Source: Promethearchaeota archaeon (lineage in GTDB: Archaea; Asgardarchaeota; Hermodarchaeia; Hermodarchaeales; Hermodarchaeaceae). Taken from it: a stretch of DNA of 32,000 bases. Every line of letters starts with the position of its first letter. Positions within the stretch are counted from its first letter, which is position 1. A program made the translations under genes and the position numbers. The stretch spans positions 49,463 to 81,462 of the forward strand of contig JBHLMI010000009.1 in the NCBI GenBank assembly GCA_048938295.1, in the 5' to 3' direction. This document shows, in pieces, positions 8,583 to 18,266 of the stretch. The notes beneath the pieces were generated by a model, which ran no database searches, was not told where the DNA came from, and was given only the letters and a program-made list of their open reading frames with translations.

Positions 8583-9362
8583 TTAATCAAATTTCGTTGC
8601 ATATATCCAAAATATCGGAGTATAAATGACTGCAGGTACGTCCCATTCTAGACCTTTTTCTTGAAGTAATCGGGCCTCAGATTGAATCTCAGTTCTCATG
8701 GCTTTGGCGTCGTAAGTCCAAGAAAGAATCCCATACTGGATTTCATCGAATCGCTGCTGTCTCAACTCTCTTGGGAGATGGCCTCCAGTAAAGGGATCAG
8801 CTCCAAGTCGAATTAGCGCAGTGACAATCGGAAACGGGGGTTTGGGAGACAAAACGGCCGTTTTATTAAAAAGCTCGATTCTTCCAGCATAATCAGGTTC
8901 GATGCATGCTAGAATTCCATGAGGGCGAAGGGTTTCCGTGATTTCTTTAATGGCTTGCATTCTGTTAGGGATCCAGAGTAAAGTGAAGTGATCGAAGGCA
9001 AAGTCCACTAATCCAGTGCGGAGGGGAAGAGATGTGGCATCAGCGAGAAGGAAATGCAGTGCTTGGTTATCTTGAGAGCTATGGACACCTTGTGTCAATA
9101 GTTGGAGGTCGATGTCGAAACCTATAGCTGTGCTTTGAGGTATCTCTTGCGTCAGTTCGGGCGTAATGGCACCTGCTCCGCAACCAATGTCCAAACATAT
9201 AGGAGCAGCATGCCAGACTGTTTTTTGATAGAAAAAGTGGCGAGTTGGTGCGGTGCGTTTAGCCTGGTCATGAAGGTATCGTGGGGTATAAGGTTGCACA
9301 TTCTGTGCCTCCCGCGGTTCGTCGGGGGTGAATTTATGGCGCTTGGGTTCAGCCGCCAACAT
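8583..9362 (-). CDS. Class I SAM-dependent methyltransferase
   Basis: Motif I CLDIGCGAG, GFDID, ADATSLP and IEPDYAGR. I placed the start at ATG 9362, overlapping the radical SAM stop by 14 nt; the track start at 9515 lies inside the SPASM domain. Confidence 0.85.
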   Translation of the reverse strand: MLAAEPKRHKFTPDEPREAQNVQPYTPRYLHDQAKRTAPTRHFFYQKTVWHAAPICLDIGCGAGAITPELTQEIPQSTAIGFDIDLQLLTQGVHSSQDNQALHFLLADATSLPLRTGLVDFAFDHFTLLWIPNRMQAIKEITETLRPHGILACIEPDYAGRIELFNKTAVLSPKPPFPIVTALIRLGADPFTGGHLPRELRQQRFDEIQYGILSWTYDAKAMRTEIQSEARLLQEKGLEWDVPAVIYTPIFWIYATKFD

Positions 9363-10695
9363 TATGGTGGCAGCAAACTTCTTTGTATTCGGTGAAGAGT
9401 GGACACCCACCACCGCAGGCTTTGAGGAGGTCGCACGACAGGCATTTGTCGGCAAGCTTGGTGGTTCCTCGAAGAGCCTTCGCCGTGGGATGATTCCAAA
9501 TAGTGTCCCAGGCATCGGTTAGGATGTTCCCTAAGGGTTCAAAGTAGCTTTGGCAGGGGAGGACTGCGCCGTTGGGTTCGATTGCAAGGCTCGAATAGGC
9601 GGCACTACATCGCCGTGGACCTAGCCCGTATGCAGTTGGATCAAAGTGGCAGTACATCGTTGGGCTATACCAGATTAGGCGAATGTCATGTTCAGCGGCT
9701 TCGGCTAGGATGTCGGTGATGATTTCGTCGAGGTCTTCTTCGGGAATGGCAAGAGCGTCTGCTACTACTTTTCCGCTTCCCGAATATATGAGCCCGTTCA
9801 TTGCAAATTGTTTCTGTCCTAATTTCGCAAGGTAGGCTACGGTTTCTGTAATTGTGGGACGATTTAGCTGGGTCAAGGTCGTGTTGGTCAAGGTATAGAT
9901 GTCGGTGTCAATGAAGCGTTTGAGTCCTGCAAGGGTTTCTTCCCAAGCGCCTTTTACTCCAACCATTTGGTCATGGATTTCAGGTAGATGCGATTCGAAC
10001 GTAATCTGAACATAATCTAATCCCGCATTGACCAAATCATCAACGAGAGTTTTTGTTAATCGACGCCCATTTGTAACTAAGCCGGCGATGATGCCGATAT
10101 CTTCTGCATATTGCACCAGTTCGACTAAATCATCCCGAAGCGTGGGTTCACCACCAGTAAAGGTCACATGGGGAATAGCCTGGTTCAAAAGGGTATCAAG
10201 GACTTTCTTCCATTTTGCTGTCTCCATTTCGCGGGTTGCATCCCAACTTCGCCGCTGAGGAGGAACGTAGCAGTGAGAGCAGGCATTGTTGCAGCGATAG
10301 GTGAGTGCCAAGTCGACGCGATAAGGTGCAGATGGTTCGTGTGAAAAGGGTTCCACTTCACCAAAGTCGAAGGTTTCAATGGGAGATACATCAGGTTGGG
10401 CGATGAAAGAAAGGATTTTTTCTTTCAATTCGCTGTAGTGTACCCGGATCGTGTCTGGTTTAGCGCCGCGATATTTCTTGCGAATGAATTCGATGACTTC
10501 ATCTTCAGAATGCCCTTTAACTGCTGCAATTGCGTAATCGTATCCACTTTCATTCAGAAATAGTAGTCTAGACGCATCGATGACGATGGTTCCACCTTTA
10601 GGATCCTTGCGGAGGTGAAATCGGTGGCCTTCTAAGTCTCCTTTCCCGAAGAGGATTTTGCTTGTTTCGGTTTCCATTCGTGTTGCTCCTGACAT
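9349..10695 (-). CDS. Radical SAM enzyme with C-terminal SPASM domain and putative PqqD/RRE-like N-terminal domain (PqqE-like)
   Basis: CNNACSHC radical SAM motif, FTGGEP, TNG; SPASM cysteines CSAA...LPCQ...CLSCDLLKACGGGCP; N-terminal extension of about 120 aa. Alternative start at 10677. Confidence 0.92.
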   Translation of the reverse strand: MSGATRMETETSKILFGKGDLEGHRFHLRKDPKGGTIVIDASRLLFLNESGYDYAIAAVKGHSEDEVIEFIRKKYRGAKPDTIRVHYSELKEKILSFIAQPDVSPIETFDFGEVEPFSHEPSAPYRVDLALTYRCNNACSHCYVPPQRRSWDATREMETAKWKKVLDTLLNQAIPHVTFTGGEPTLRDDLVELVQYAEDIGIIAGLVTNGRRLTKTLVDDLVNAGLDYVQITFESHLPEIHDQMVGVKGAWEETLAGLKRFIDTDIYTLTNTTLTQLNRPTITETVAYLAKLGQKQFAMNGLIYSGSGKVVADALAIPEEDLDEIITDILAEAAEHDIRLIWYSPTMYCHFDPTAYGLGPRRCSAAYSSLAIEPNGAVLPCQSYFEPLGNILTDAWDTIWNHPTAKALRGTTKLADKCLSCDLLKACGGGCPLFTEYKEVCCHHNVGG

Positions 10696-10848
10696 GCGTT
10701 ATGACTTCTTCATCAGACCATCAACAAAAGTCTATCGAACGGAAGCTCCTTCGCTCTTTTTTAGTGGATTGATTGTTTGGTTCTGAAAAGTCGTAAGGCT
10801 TTTCGGGGAATTATGTTTAACAAGATATGACGGAAGTCGTTTATTGCC

Positions 10849-11442
10849 ATGTCAAAAATTGATGAAATGGAGCAATTAGCTCGAATTTCGAATGTGGGAC
10901 CGATTGCTCGACGTTACTTCGCCATGAACGCCTTTGACGGCACCCTTACTGTCATGGGAATTGTCCTCGCTTCCCATTTTGCTGCACATTTTGATGCCCG
11001 AGCAGTGGTGGCAGCGGGTATTGGTGCCTGTCTAGCTATGATGTTTTCAGGACTTGCTGGAACCTATCTTGCAGAAAAAGCGGAACGTGAGCGCGAATTA
11101 CGGGAAATGGAAAACGCTTTACTTCGAAATCTGGATTCAACCATGTACGAAAAGGCGTCGCAATTCGCCATCCTTATCTCTTCACTTGTCGACGGGTTTG
11201 CACCATTTATCACAGGTCTAATTCTACTTGTTCCTTTCATCCTCGTGATTTTCAACTTAACTTTCTGGGGCATTGGAGTGATTGTGTCAGTGGCCACAGG
11301 ATTCATCCTTCTATTTCTATTGGGGATTTTCTTGGGTCGGGTGTCCGAACAGAACCAGTGGCTCTATGGGCTGCAAACCCTTGCAGCAGGTCTTGGAACC
11401 GCAGCAGCAATCATCCTCCTTGAGATCTTCCTAGCCATCTAA
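10849..11442 (+). CDS. VIT1/CCC1-family metal (Fe/Mn) transporter
   Basis: RRYFAMNAFDG, an acidic GTYLAEKAERERELREME segment and five hydrophobic helices. Confidence 0.85.
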   Translation: MSKIDEMEQLARISNVGPIARRYFAMNAFDGTLTVMGIVLASHFAAHFDARAVVAAGIGACLAMMFSGLAGTYLAEKAERERELREMENALLRNLDSTMYEKASQFAILISSLVDGFAPFITGLILLVPFILVIFNLTFWGIGVIVSVATGFILLFLLGIFLGRVSEQNQWLYGLQTLAAGLGTAAAIILLEIFLAI

Positions 11443-12252
11443 TAATGCCCCCAATGATGCTGGGAGCCTAAATCCTCCATGTTCTCGTAGGTAAAGATGC
11501 ACTTGTCTCAGTTTGGGTGCAGCTTCTTCAAAATCCCTAAGGGAGTGACTATCCGAGCCAACGTAGAAGTGAGCACCAGCCTGAACTAATTCTTCAATTA
11601 GTGATTGCGATGGATGCATTTTCCCCCATGGATGATTCAACCCGCGTAGATTTACTTCAATGAGAACTCCTGTTCGTTGACATAACCCGCCTAGTTCAAG
11701 GGTGCGTCGTTGCCAGATTTCATTGAGTGATGTATCACTGGGATATAGTGGTACAAACCGCATGACTCCATCGATGTGGGCGATTCCATCGAATAGCTTT
11801 GACCTAATTGCACCTTCAACCTCAGTGAAATACCGTTCAATAGTTGAAGGTAATCCGATTCGTGATACGAGAACTCTCAATTCGTCTAGGGTTGTAATAG
11901 CAAAACCACCAATAACATGCACTGTACCAATAAGATAGTTGAAGTCATTTCGAAAGTCATCACAAAATTCTGCAACGCCTGATGCCTCATCTGAATAGTA
12001 ATCTACCTCTAATCCCAATGACACATTCGGATAGTTAGCCTTGGTTTGGTCGAAAGATTCGAGAAGACGGGGTAAAGTCTCATAATTGAGATAGTTTGGA
12101 CGATTGAAGAAAGCTAGCTCGAAATGATCTAAGAACCCTACATGGATTTCTAACTGCTCAGCCAATTGCGCATAGGCTTCTAAGGGAATAGTTGAATCGG
12201 GGCTGAATTCAGTGTGTAAATGCAAATCAAAGAATGACGGTTTTTTGGACAT
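11431..12252 (-). CDS. PHP-domain phosphoesterase (histidinol-phosphatase HisK-like)
   Basis: DLHLHT, LDHFE, GLEVD, GTVH, AHID, EVN and GSDSH metal-ligand motifs. Confidence 0.88.
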   Translation of the reverse strand: MSKKPSFFDLHLHTEFSPDSTIPLEAYAQLAEQLEIHVGFLDHFELAFFNRPNYLNYETLPRLLESFDQTKANYPNVSLGLEVDYYSDEASGVAEFCDDFRNDFNYLIGTVHVIGGFAITTLDELRVLVSRIGLPSTIERYFTEVEGAIRSKLFDGIAHIDGVMRFVPLYPSDTSLNEIWQRRTLELGGLCQRTGVLIEVNLRGLNHPWGKMHPSQSLIEELVQAGAHFYVGSDSHSLRDFEEAAPKLRQVHLYLREHGGFRLPASLGALLDG

Positions 12253-12296
12253 TAGTGGAGCAACACGAACATAGTGGGTTGCTGGTGTGGATATTG

Positions 12297-13037
12297 TTAG
12301 TCTTTGATATAGTATTCGAATCCTTTGCGTTCGTATGCGTGCACCTGTTCATCGAAGGAAAAACCACGATTCTTGACGATTTGAATCTGGCGGAGGGGAA
12401 TTTCTTCTGGTGGAGCAGGTAGTGCGGTGAAACGGACAATACTATCGCTTAATCTTTCAATGCTTTCGGCGAACTGAGTGGTATGCATTTCGGGGTAGAA
12501 CGACGCAATAACGGTAAGTTTTCGATGTTGAATTAATGGTAAAAGGGCTAACCAGAACTGCCACGCAGCACGATCCGACTCCATAGAATGGAGGAGAACA
12601 CTTAACGAATCAATATACATTCGAGCAATTTCGAAGCGCTTGACTGTTGTTCGTAATTCTTCGTAGAATTTTGCAGTGTACCGGACGTTGGAACAGCGAA
12701 TTACACCCTCTTTGGGTGGAAGCGATGGCACACCATAGGCAAGGGAAGATAAACCGTCCATTAATAATATTTGATTAGGTTTCGCCTTTTCATAGAGCGT
12801 TTCAATGGGTGGCAGAAGATCATACTCTCCAACAGTATGTTCTGAGAGGAGGATAATGGCGCCTTCTCCATGTTGTATTCCATCACGAAGAAACGAGATG
12901 CCTAAGAGTCCAGATACTCCTCTAGATTCACCTCTCAGTTCTTCGACGAGGCAAGTGCTTCCCCGTCTTAGACCACCTCCGAGAAGACGATTAATTGCAC
13001 CCCATTCACATTTAATCAATTCTTCTTCAGTTGACAT
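12297..13037 (-). CDS. KaiC/RAD55-like RecA-fold protein with degenerate Walker A (copy 1)
   Basis: LLGGGL, Walker B MYIDSL and C-terminal KNRG. The P-loop position reads EELRGESRG with no GKT. Confidence 0.82.
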   Translation of the reverse strand: MSTEEELIKCEWGAINRLLGGGLRRGSTCLVEELRGESRGVSGLLGISFLRDGIQHGEGAIILLSEHTVGEYDLLPPIETLYEKAKPNQILLMDGLSSLAYGVPSLPPKEGVIRCSNVRYTAKFYEELRTTVKRFEIARMYIDSLSVLLHSMESDRAAWQFWLALLPLIQHRKLTVIASFYPEMHTTQFAESIERLSDSIVRFTALPAPPEEIPLRQIQIVKNRGFSFDEQVHAYERKGFEYYIKD

Positions 13038-13136
13038 GAAACGGAGTATCCTCCTGGGTCTGTGGGCTTAGATTGGCTATTAATAAATCTTAGCAGTTTT
13101 CAAAAGACAACTCACACGATGAGTTCCTTTGATAAC

Positions 13137-13143
13137 TTATATA
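13137..13143 (+). promoter_or_regulatory. Candidate TATA box for the SDR/dehydrogenase pair
   Basis: TTATATA 35 nt upstream of the TTG start at 13178, with GAGGTG and AGGTG ribosome-site-like motifs downstream. Confidence 0.4.
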
Positions 13144-13177
13144 GGTGGGAAGTTGAGGTGAGAAAAGGTGTTCTCGT

Positions 13178-14182
13178 TTGACGACCCAACCAACTCCTGA
13201 TCAAGCTGTGTTAGTGACCGGTGGAACTGGGTTCATAGGATCCCACCTTGCTAAACGCCTAGTGGCAGACGGCTATAAGGTAATATTATACGAGGCTAGA
13301 CCAAATCTAGCCCGAATTGAGGGTGTTGCAGACCGAGTGACGGTTGTTAAAGGGGATGTGGCAGATTTAGATAGCATCCTCACTACGCTCAAGGAGCATG
13401 ACATTCAACACATCTTCCACACTGCAGCTACCCTTTCCGTTGAAGCCGAACGGGATCGTGACACTGCTTTTTCCTGCAATGTATCTGGAATCTATAACGT
13501 GTTGGAGGCAGCACGGGCTCTTGGTGTGCAGCGTTTCATATTTGTTAGTAGCCTAGCGGTGTTCGGAGCGAACACCCCGTTTCCATTTCACGAGATGAGT
13601 TATCGCGATCCGGGGAGCTTTTACGGGGTAAGCAAAGCCTTTGGAGAAATGTTAGGTAGCTACTATCATATGCGGTATGGATTCGATTTCAGGGGAGTGC
13701 GATTTGCAGTGGTCATCGGTCCTGGACGCCGTGGCGCAGGAGCCACAGTGACATACTCCAACTTCATCGAAAGCATCGCTCTAGGAAAGCCTGGTATTAT
13801 TGATATTCCTGATACAACCATTCTGCCGATCATTTACGTTGAAGATGCAGCTGATTTTCTAATAGCCTTATGGAAAGCACCTAAGCTCTCACGCTGCGTT
13901 TACATCGCAGGGGGAGTGCCGATTCCGATTAGGGATCTAATCGCTGAGGTGAAGGCAATTATTCCAGAGGCGCAATTCGCATTTCAGTTGGACCCCGATG
14001 CCGAAAGGGTAGCTCAAACCTGGTCATTTCTTACCACCCTTTTGGTGCAGCAAGGTAAAGAGACCCTGTATCGTGACATTGAAGATTTCGGATGGAAGCT
14101 GCAATTTGACTCGATGCCAGAGATTGTAAAACATTTCATTGAATATGTTCAAGCTAGAAAGGAGATTTATTCGAGATTTTAG
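13178..14182 (+). CDS. Extended SDR, NAD-dependent epimerase/dehydrogenase (resembles SDR-type L-threonine dehydrogenases)
   Basis: VTGGTGFIG Rossmann motif, HTAA, NVSG, VSS and catalytic YGVSK. Substrate not determinable. Confidence 0.9.
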   Translation: MTTQPTPDQAVLVTGGTGFIGSHLAKRLVADGYKVILYEARPNLARIEGVADRVTVVKGDVADLDSILTTLKEHDIQHIFHTAATLSVEAERDRDTAFSCNVSGIYNVLEAARALGVQRFIFVSSLAVFGANTPFPFHEMSYRDPGSFYGVSKAFGEMLGSYYHMRYGFDFRGVRFAVVIGPGRRGAGATVTYSNFIESIALGKPGIIDIPDTTILPIIYVEDAADFLIALWKAPKLSRCVYIAGGVPIPIRDLIAEVKAIIPEAQFAFQLDPDAERVAQTWSFLTTLLVQQGKETLYRDIEDFGWKLQFDSMPEIVKHFIEYVQARKEIYSRF

Positions 14183-15153
14183 TGGAGTTGGAACAAATGA
14201 GTAAGATATCACGGGCTACAATTCTTGGTGCAGGAGCGATGGGTCACGGAATCGCCCAGGTATTTGCCCAAGCTGGATGCGATGTTGAACTATACGACAT
14301 AGATGTCGATGCGCTCAACCAGGCAAAAGAGCACATTAACACCAACCTTCTTCAGCTGATGTCACACCGTGCCATTGCCAGGGAAACTATTCCCTTCACT
14401 CTTTCGCGTATCCATATAGAACCAGATTTTGATAAGGCGGTTTTGAAAGCGGACTTGATTGTTGAAGCAGTGCCTGAACGGTTGGATCTCAAACAGGAAG
14501 TCTTCATGAAGGCAGAAAAAGCATGCCCGAGGAAAGCGATTCTGACTTCTACTACATCCGTGATTCGGGTCGGAGATATTGGAAAGGGGCTGAAAACACC
14601 TCAACGCCTGGTGGGTACACATTGGATGAATCCCCCCTTTATCCTTCCTCTGGTTGAAATCATTCGTGCCCCGAAAACTTCTAACGCAGTAGTAAATCAG
14701 GTCAAACTGTTTTTAGAAAAAGAATGTGGCAAACGCACGATTATCTGCAAGGATACACCGGGGTTTTTGGTCAACCGATTAGCAGGGGCTGTTCTAAAGG
14801 AGGCAGCTAATCTCATAGAGGAGGGCGTTGCTACTCATGTTGAAATTGATAGAGCCTGGAAAGAGCATCTTGGACCAGTCTTCCTACAATATGGACCTTT
14901 TGGGAATCTCGACTATATCGGGCTAGATGTTGTGGTTCTTGCGTCCAAATATCTGGCCTGGGCACTCGATGATGAAGGATACAAATTGCCTCAATGGCTA
15001 GAAGACACCGTTCTCAAAGGAAACATAGGAATCAAGTCTGGCAAGGGCATTTATGAATATCCTAATCAAACTCCTGAAGACCTACGGCGTAAACGGGCAG
15101 AAGAGCTTTTAGCATTACTCCAACAGGTGGGATTAGCACCGGTGCATAAGTAG
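14182..15153 (+). CDS. 3-hydroxyacyl-CoA dehydrogenase family protein
   Basis: GAGAMG, EAVPE, HWMNPP and GFLVNRL. GTG start overlaps the preceding TAG; alternative ATG at 14197. Confidence 0.92.
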   Translation: MELEQMSKISRATILGAGAMGHGIAQVFAQAGCDVELYDIDVDALNQAKEHINTNLLQLMSHRAIARETIPFTLSRIHIEPDFDKAVLKADLIVEAVPERLDLKQEVFMKAEKACPRKAILTSTTSVIRVGDIGKGLKTPQRLVGTHWMNPPFILPLVEIIRAPKTSNAVVNQVKLFLEKECGKRTIICKDTPGFLVNRLAGAVLKEAANLIEEGVATHVEIDRAWKEHLGPVFLQYGPFGNLDYIGLDVVVLASKYLAWALDDEGYKLPQWLEDTVLKGNIGIKSGKGIYEYPNQTPEDLRRKRAEELLALLQQVGLAPVHK

Positions 15154-15156
15154 CGT

Positions 15157-16857
15157 TTAATAGTCCCGTGTAGTGGAGAAAATTTGGGAGAGAAGTGTCA
15201 TGTATTTTCGAGAGACACGGACATCAAGCACATAGGGTTGACCTGATTCCGTGGCCCGTTTTAGTGCTGGTCGGATTTCATCAGGTTTTGTAACCAGTTC
15301 GCCCCGAGCTCCCAATCCTTCAGCAAGTCTGTCTAAACGAGCGTATTCATTTAGTAGAGTGCCACAGGAAGCTTGTTCTTCTGATCGAGTTTTAAGCAGG
15401 CGGGTGTGGTAAACGAGACCCCAAGCACAATCATTGTTGACTATGGCGACAACTGGGATATTATGTCGTACTGCAGTGTCTAATTCACTGACATTGAACA
15501 TGAAACTACCATCACCTGAAATGAGATATACAGGGATTTCAGGACGTGCAAGTTTAGCAGCTAGGCTAATTGGCAATCCGGCACCTAGATGTCCAAGGGG
15601 CCCTTGTGAGCCGATGATTTGTCCCGGATGGTTAGCTCGAAGGTAGAGATAAGCCCAAGCTGTTGTATCACCCCCATCTAACACGAACAGACTATCCGAT
15701 GAAGCAAATTCCCGGATTTCCTTCATCAAGCGTTGTGGTTTAATCGGCACTTCATCGGAATCCGCATCTTTATCGAGCACTTCGAAAAGTTGCTCCCAAG
15801 CTGCATGTGATTGCTTTGCAAAATTACTGACTGAACGCTTTTTTGTCAATTCCTTTGCGGTTTGGAGCATTTGCGTCAATACCGCTTTGGCATCACCAAG
15901 AATTCCCACAGAAACTGGTCGATTCTTTGCGATTGCATCTGGTACGATATCAACGTGAATGAAGTGTGCATCCTCCGAGAAGAAGCTTGGATCACGCCCA
16001 AATCCAAGGAATTCGTCAAGTCGAGCACCTACAACCAAAATCGTGTCTGCTTGTCGTATGAAAGGATTGGCAACAGCATTTTGGATTGAGAGAGGATGGT
16101 TTTGAGGGAAGCACCCGGTTGCTAGATACTCTGCTGCGACGGGAATCCCTAAGAATTCAGCGAATCTCACAAGTTCCTTGCATGCTTGTGACCAGTATAC
16201 ACCACTTCCCGCAATGATGACTGGCCGTTCGGCTTTGAGAAGTAAAATAACTGCTTTTTTCACTAACGTAGGGTCACCAAGAAGGCGTCCCATCGGGCGG
16301 TATTGGGTAGGTTTCAGAAAGCGTTGTCCAGCTTCTTCACTAGGAGTGGCAATTATATCCTTGGGGATATCTAAGAGCACTGGGGCCATTCTTCCAGTGA
16401 GAGCGGCTTTGAAGGCTTTTTGCAGGTACTCACTTATACGGTGAGGAAACACGCATTGTCGTGTCCATTTTGTTACGGATGATACAAGAGCTTTCAAGTC
16501 TAAGTCTTCAAAGGCATCCATTTCTACTAACTTGTGAGAAATACTGGAGGTAATGGCGACGACCGGGCTACCCATCTGATAGGCTTGTGCAAGCGCGGGG
16601 ACAGCATTTACGATTCCAGGTCCCATTGGAAGAAGACAAACGCCTGGAGTCCGCGTAACTCGGGCCCACCCATCAGCAGCATTTCCTGCTGCCTGTTCAT
16701 GCCGTGTTGTTATAATTTCAATTCCCTCAGCGATGAGAGCATCATATATGGGCAGGATTTCCCCACCTGGGAGAGAGAAGACATGAGTAATGCCTTCGAC
16801 TTTTAGAACTGCCGCTACCAATTTACCACTGTCTGTTTGAGGCATCGATAACCTCAC
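15157..16857 (-). CDS. ThDP-dependent enzyme, acetolactate synthase/2-hydroxyacyl-CoA lyase-like
   Basis: RHEQAAG catalytic Glu and ThDP motif GDGS...NND. DGGD and AKLARPE recall the ILVBL/HACL-like branch. The start may be ATG 16845. Confidence 0.92.
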   Translation of the reverse strand: MRLSMPQTDSGKLVAAVLKVEGITHVFSLPGGEILPIYDALIAEGIEIITTRHEQAAGNAADGWARVTRTPGVCLLPMGPGIVNAVPALAQAYQMGSPVVAITSSISHKLVEMDAFEDLDLKALVSSVTKWTRQCVFPHRISEYLQKAFKAALTGRMAPVLLDIPKDIIATPSEEAGQRFLKPTQYRPMGRLLGDPTLVKKAVILLLKAERPVIIAGSGVYWSQACKELVRFAEFLGIPVAAEYLATGCFPQNHPLSIQNAVANPFIRQADTILVVGARLDEFLGFGRDPSFFSEDAHFIHVDIVPDAIAKNRPVSVGILGDAKAVLTQMLQTAKELTKKRSVSNFAKQSHAAWEQLFEVLDKDADSDEVPIKPQRLMKEIREFASSDSLFVLDGGDTTAWAYLYLRANHPGQIIGSQGPLGHLGAGLPISLAAKLARPEIPVYLISGDGSFMFNVSELDTAVRHNIPVVAIVNNDCAWGLVYHTRLLKTRSEEQASCGTLLNEYARLDRLAEGLGARGELVTKPDEIRPALKRATESGQPYVLDVRVSRKYMTLLSQIFSTTRDY

Positions 16858-16877
16858 CTATGCACCATATAGGCATA

Positions 16878-18128
16878 CTATATTGGTTCTAATTCTTTGC
16901 CCTTGGTCTCGGGTAGCAGCCATGGCAGAATCAGCATTAGGATGAACCCGAAGCTTCCAATTAACATCGCTTGAGCCATTGGCCAACTGAAGAAGTCCAC
17001 GAGAATTCCAACAATAACGGCTCCAAGCGCGAATGCACGGGCGGTACTGAAGATGAACGAGGCAGCCGCTGCTCGAGAGCTTGTCGGAAAGATCTCACTT
17101 GTCCAGATTCCAAAAAGACCATGAGAACTGAATCCGAGTGCCAAGACAAACAGCCCTCCGACGGCCACGAAGGGATTGAACAGGACAAACATCGCTACTA
17201 CGAAAATCGCGGAGCCGATAAGGCCGAAGAATGTTGGTACCATGAAGCCTTTTCGTCGTCCGATCCTATCGCCGATATATCCTACCAGGGGAAAGACGAA
17301 GAACAATATTGTGGCTATGAGGAGGAAGATTAGTAACGCTAGTGTGTTTCCGAATCCAAGTTCAACATTGATGAAGTACACGCCCAAGTCGACATAGGCG
17401 TGATAGGCGAATTCTGCAGCCCAAAAGAGGACAATGCAGATTAGGAGGAGCTTGAGATAGCCTGAACTGACTAGTTTCTTGATCTGTTCCATCATTGGAA
17501 CCGATTCTGAAGATTCGAGTTCGTGGTATTTGAGCCATAGTTGAGATTCAGGTAGCACGAAGTAGAGAATGGCAATGAAAGGTAGAGGAATGAGGGCAAT
17601 GAGAAACACAGGTCGCCACCAATTAAGGCCAAAGATTGGAAGAAGGATTGGTTCGAGTAGCAGGCTAGTGATTAATACACCGACAAAGCCAATGATGAAC
17701 ATTGCGTGGACAAAACCACCCCAGGTTGCTCGTCGTTTTGGCGAATAGACCTCACCCAGAAGAGCGAATGCAATCCCCCATGAAACACCGAGTCCGGATA
17801 AAATCCGCAATATGGCAAAGACTATGTAATTGGGGGCAAACGCAGATAATCCTGTTAAGATCGCATCCCAGGCGATGGTTAAGAGGAGAATGTTCTTTCG
17901 CCCCATTTTATCTGCTAACATGCCGAAGATAATTGCACCAGGAACTGTTGCGATGAATTGGGCAGACATCACAAAGCCCAGTGCTGAAATTGGTATTCCG
18001 AATGACAGTTGAATTGGTTCTGCAAGAGCTGTGATCAGTGTTAGTCCGATAGCGTCATGAGCCCATCCGAGCGCACAGGCAAAGAAAACAATGATTTTCT
18101 CTGTTCGTGTAAAGGGTGTTATTTCCAA
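16878..18128 (-). CDS. Major facilitator superfamily transporter
   Basis: About 12 TM helices, motif A in both halves (GMLADKMGRK and GYIGDRIGRR), SEIFPT.R and LPETKG. TTG start with GGAGG upstream. Confidence 0.93.
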   Translation of the reverse strand: MEITPFTRTEKIIVFFACALGWAHDAIGLTLITALAEPIQLSFGIPISALGFVMSAQFIATVPGAIIFGMLADKMGRKNILLLTIAWDAILTGLSAFAPNYIVFAILRILSGLGVSWGIAFALLGEVYSPKRRATWGGFVHAMFIIGFVGVLITSLLLEPILLPIFGLNWWRPVFLIALIPLPFIAILYFVLPESQLWLKYHELESSESVPMMEQIKKLVSSGYLKLLLICIVLFWAAEFAYHAYVDLGVYFINVELGFGNTLALLIFLLIATILFFVFPLVGYIGDRIGRRKGFMVPTFFGLIGSAIFVVAMFVLFNPFVAVGGLFVLALGFSSHGLFGIWTSEIFPTSSRAAAASFIFSTARAFALGAVIVGILVDFFSWPMAQAMLIGSFGFILMLILPWLLPETKGKELEPI

Positions 18129-18266
18129 AGGGAAACCTCCTTTTGGAGAGATGAGAAGCTGTTCTAGAGTTTTTCCATCTATGCCTAGTATCTACCTAAA
18201 GGGTTTTTGATAAGCACAGTTTCTATGACAGAAACATCTGAAGATTCGGTTTGTTGAGGGACTTTA

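Noticed and set aside
9363-9515. N-terminal extension of the methyltransferase given by the ORF track
   Set aside because: It lies inside the SPASM-coding region of the radical SAM gene in another frame; an ATG at 9362 gives a normal short overlap.
10696-10848. Possible RiPP precursor ORF upstream of the SPASM enzyme
   Set aside because: Manual reading of the minus strand gave only trivial ORFs (for example ATG GTC TGA); nothing precursor-like.
11431-11442. 12-nt convergent overlap of the VIT1/CCC1 and PHP genes
   Set aside because: Short tail-to-tail overlaps are common in compact genomes, and no functional link is supported.
16961-18012. Several plus- and minus-strand short ORFs overlapping the MFS gene (and similar short track ORFs inside other long genes)
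   Set aside because: Fully nested in well-supported CDSs, with no motifs or ribosome sites; treated as shadow ORFs.
18137-18148. 4-bp hairpins over ribosome sites (MFS CTCC-AAAA-GGAG; similar upstream of 13037)
   Set aside because: Stems are too short to support a riboswitch or thermometer claim.
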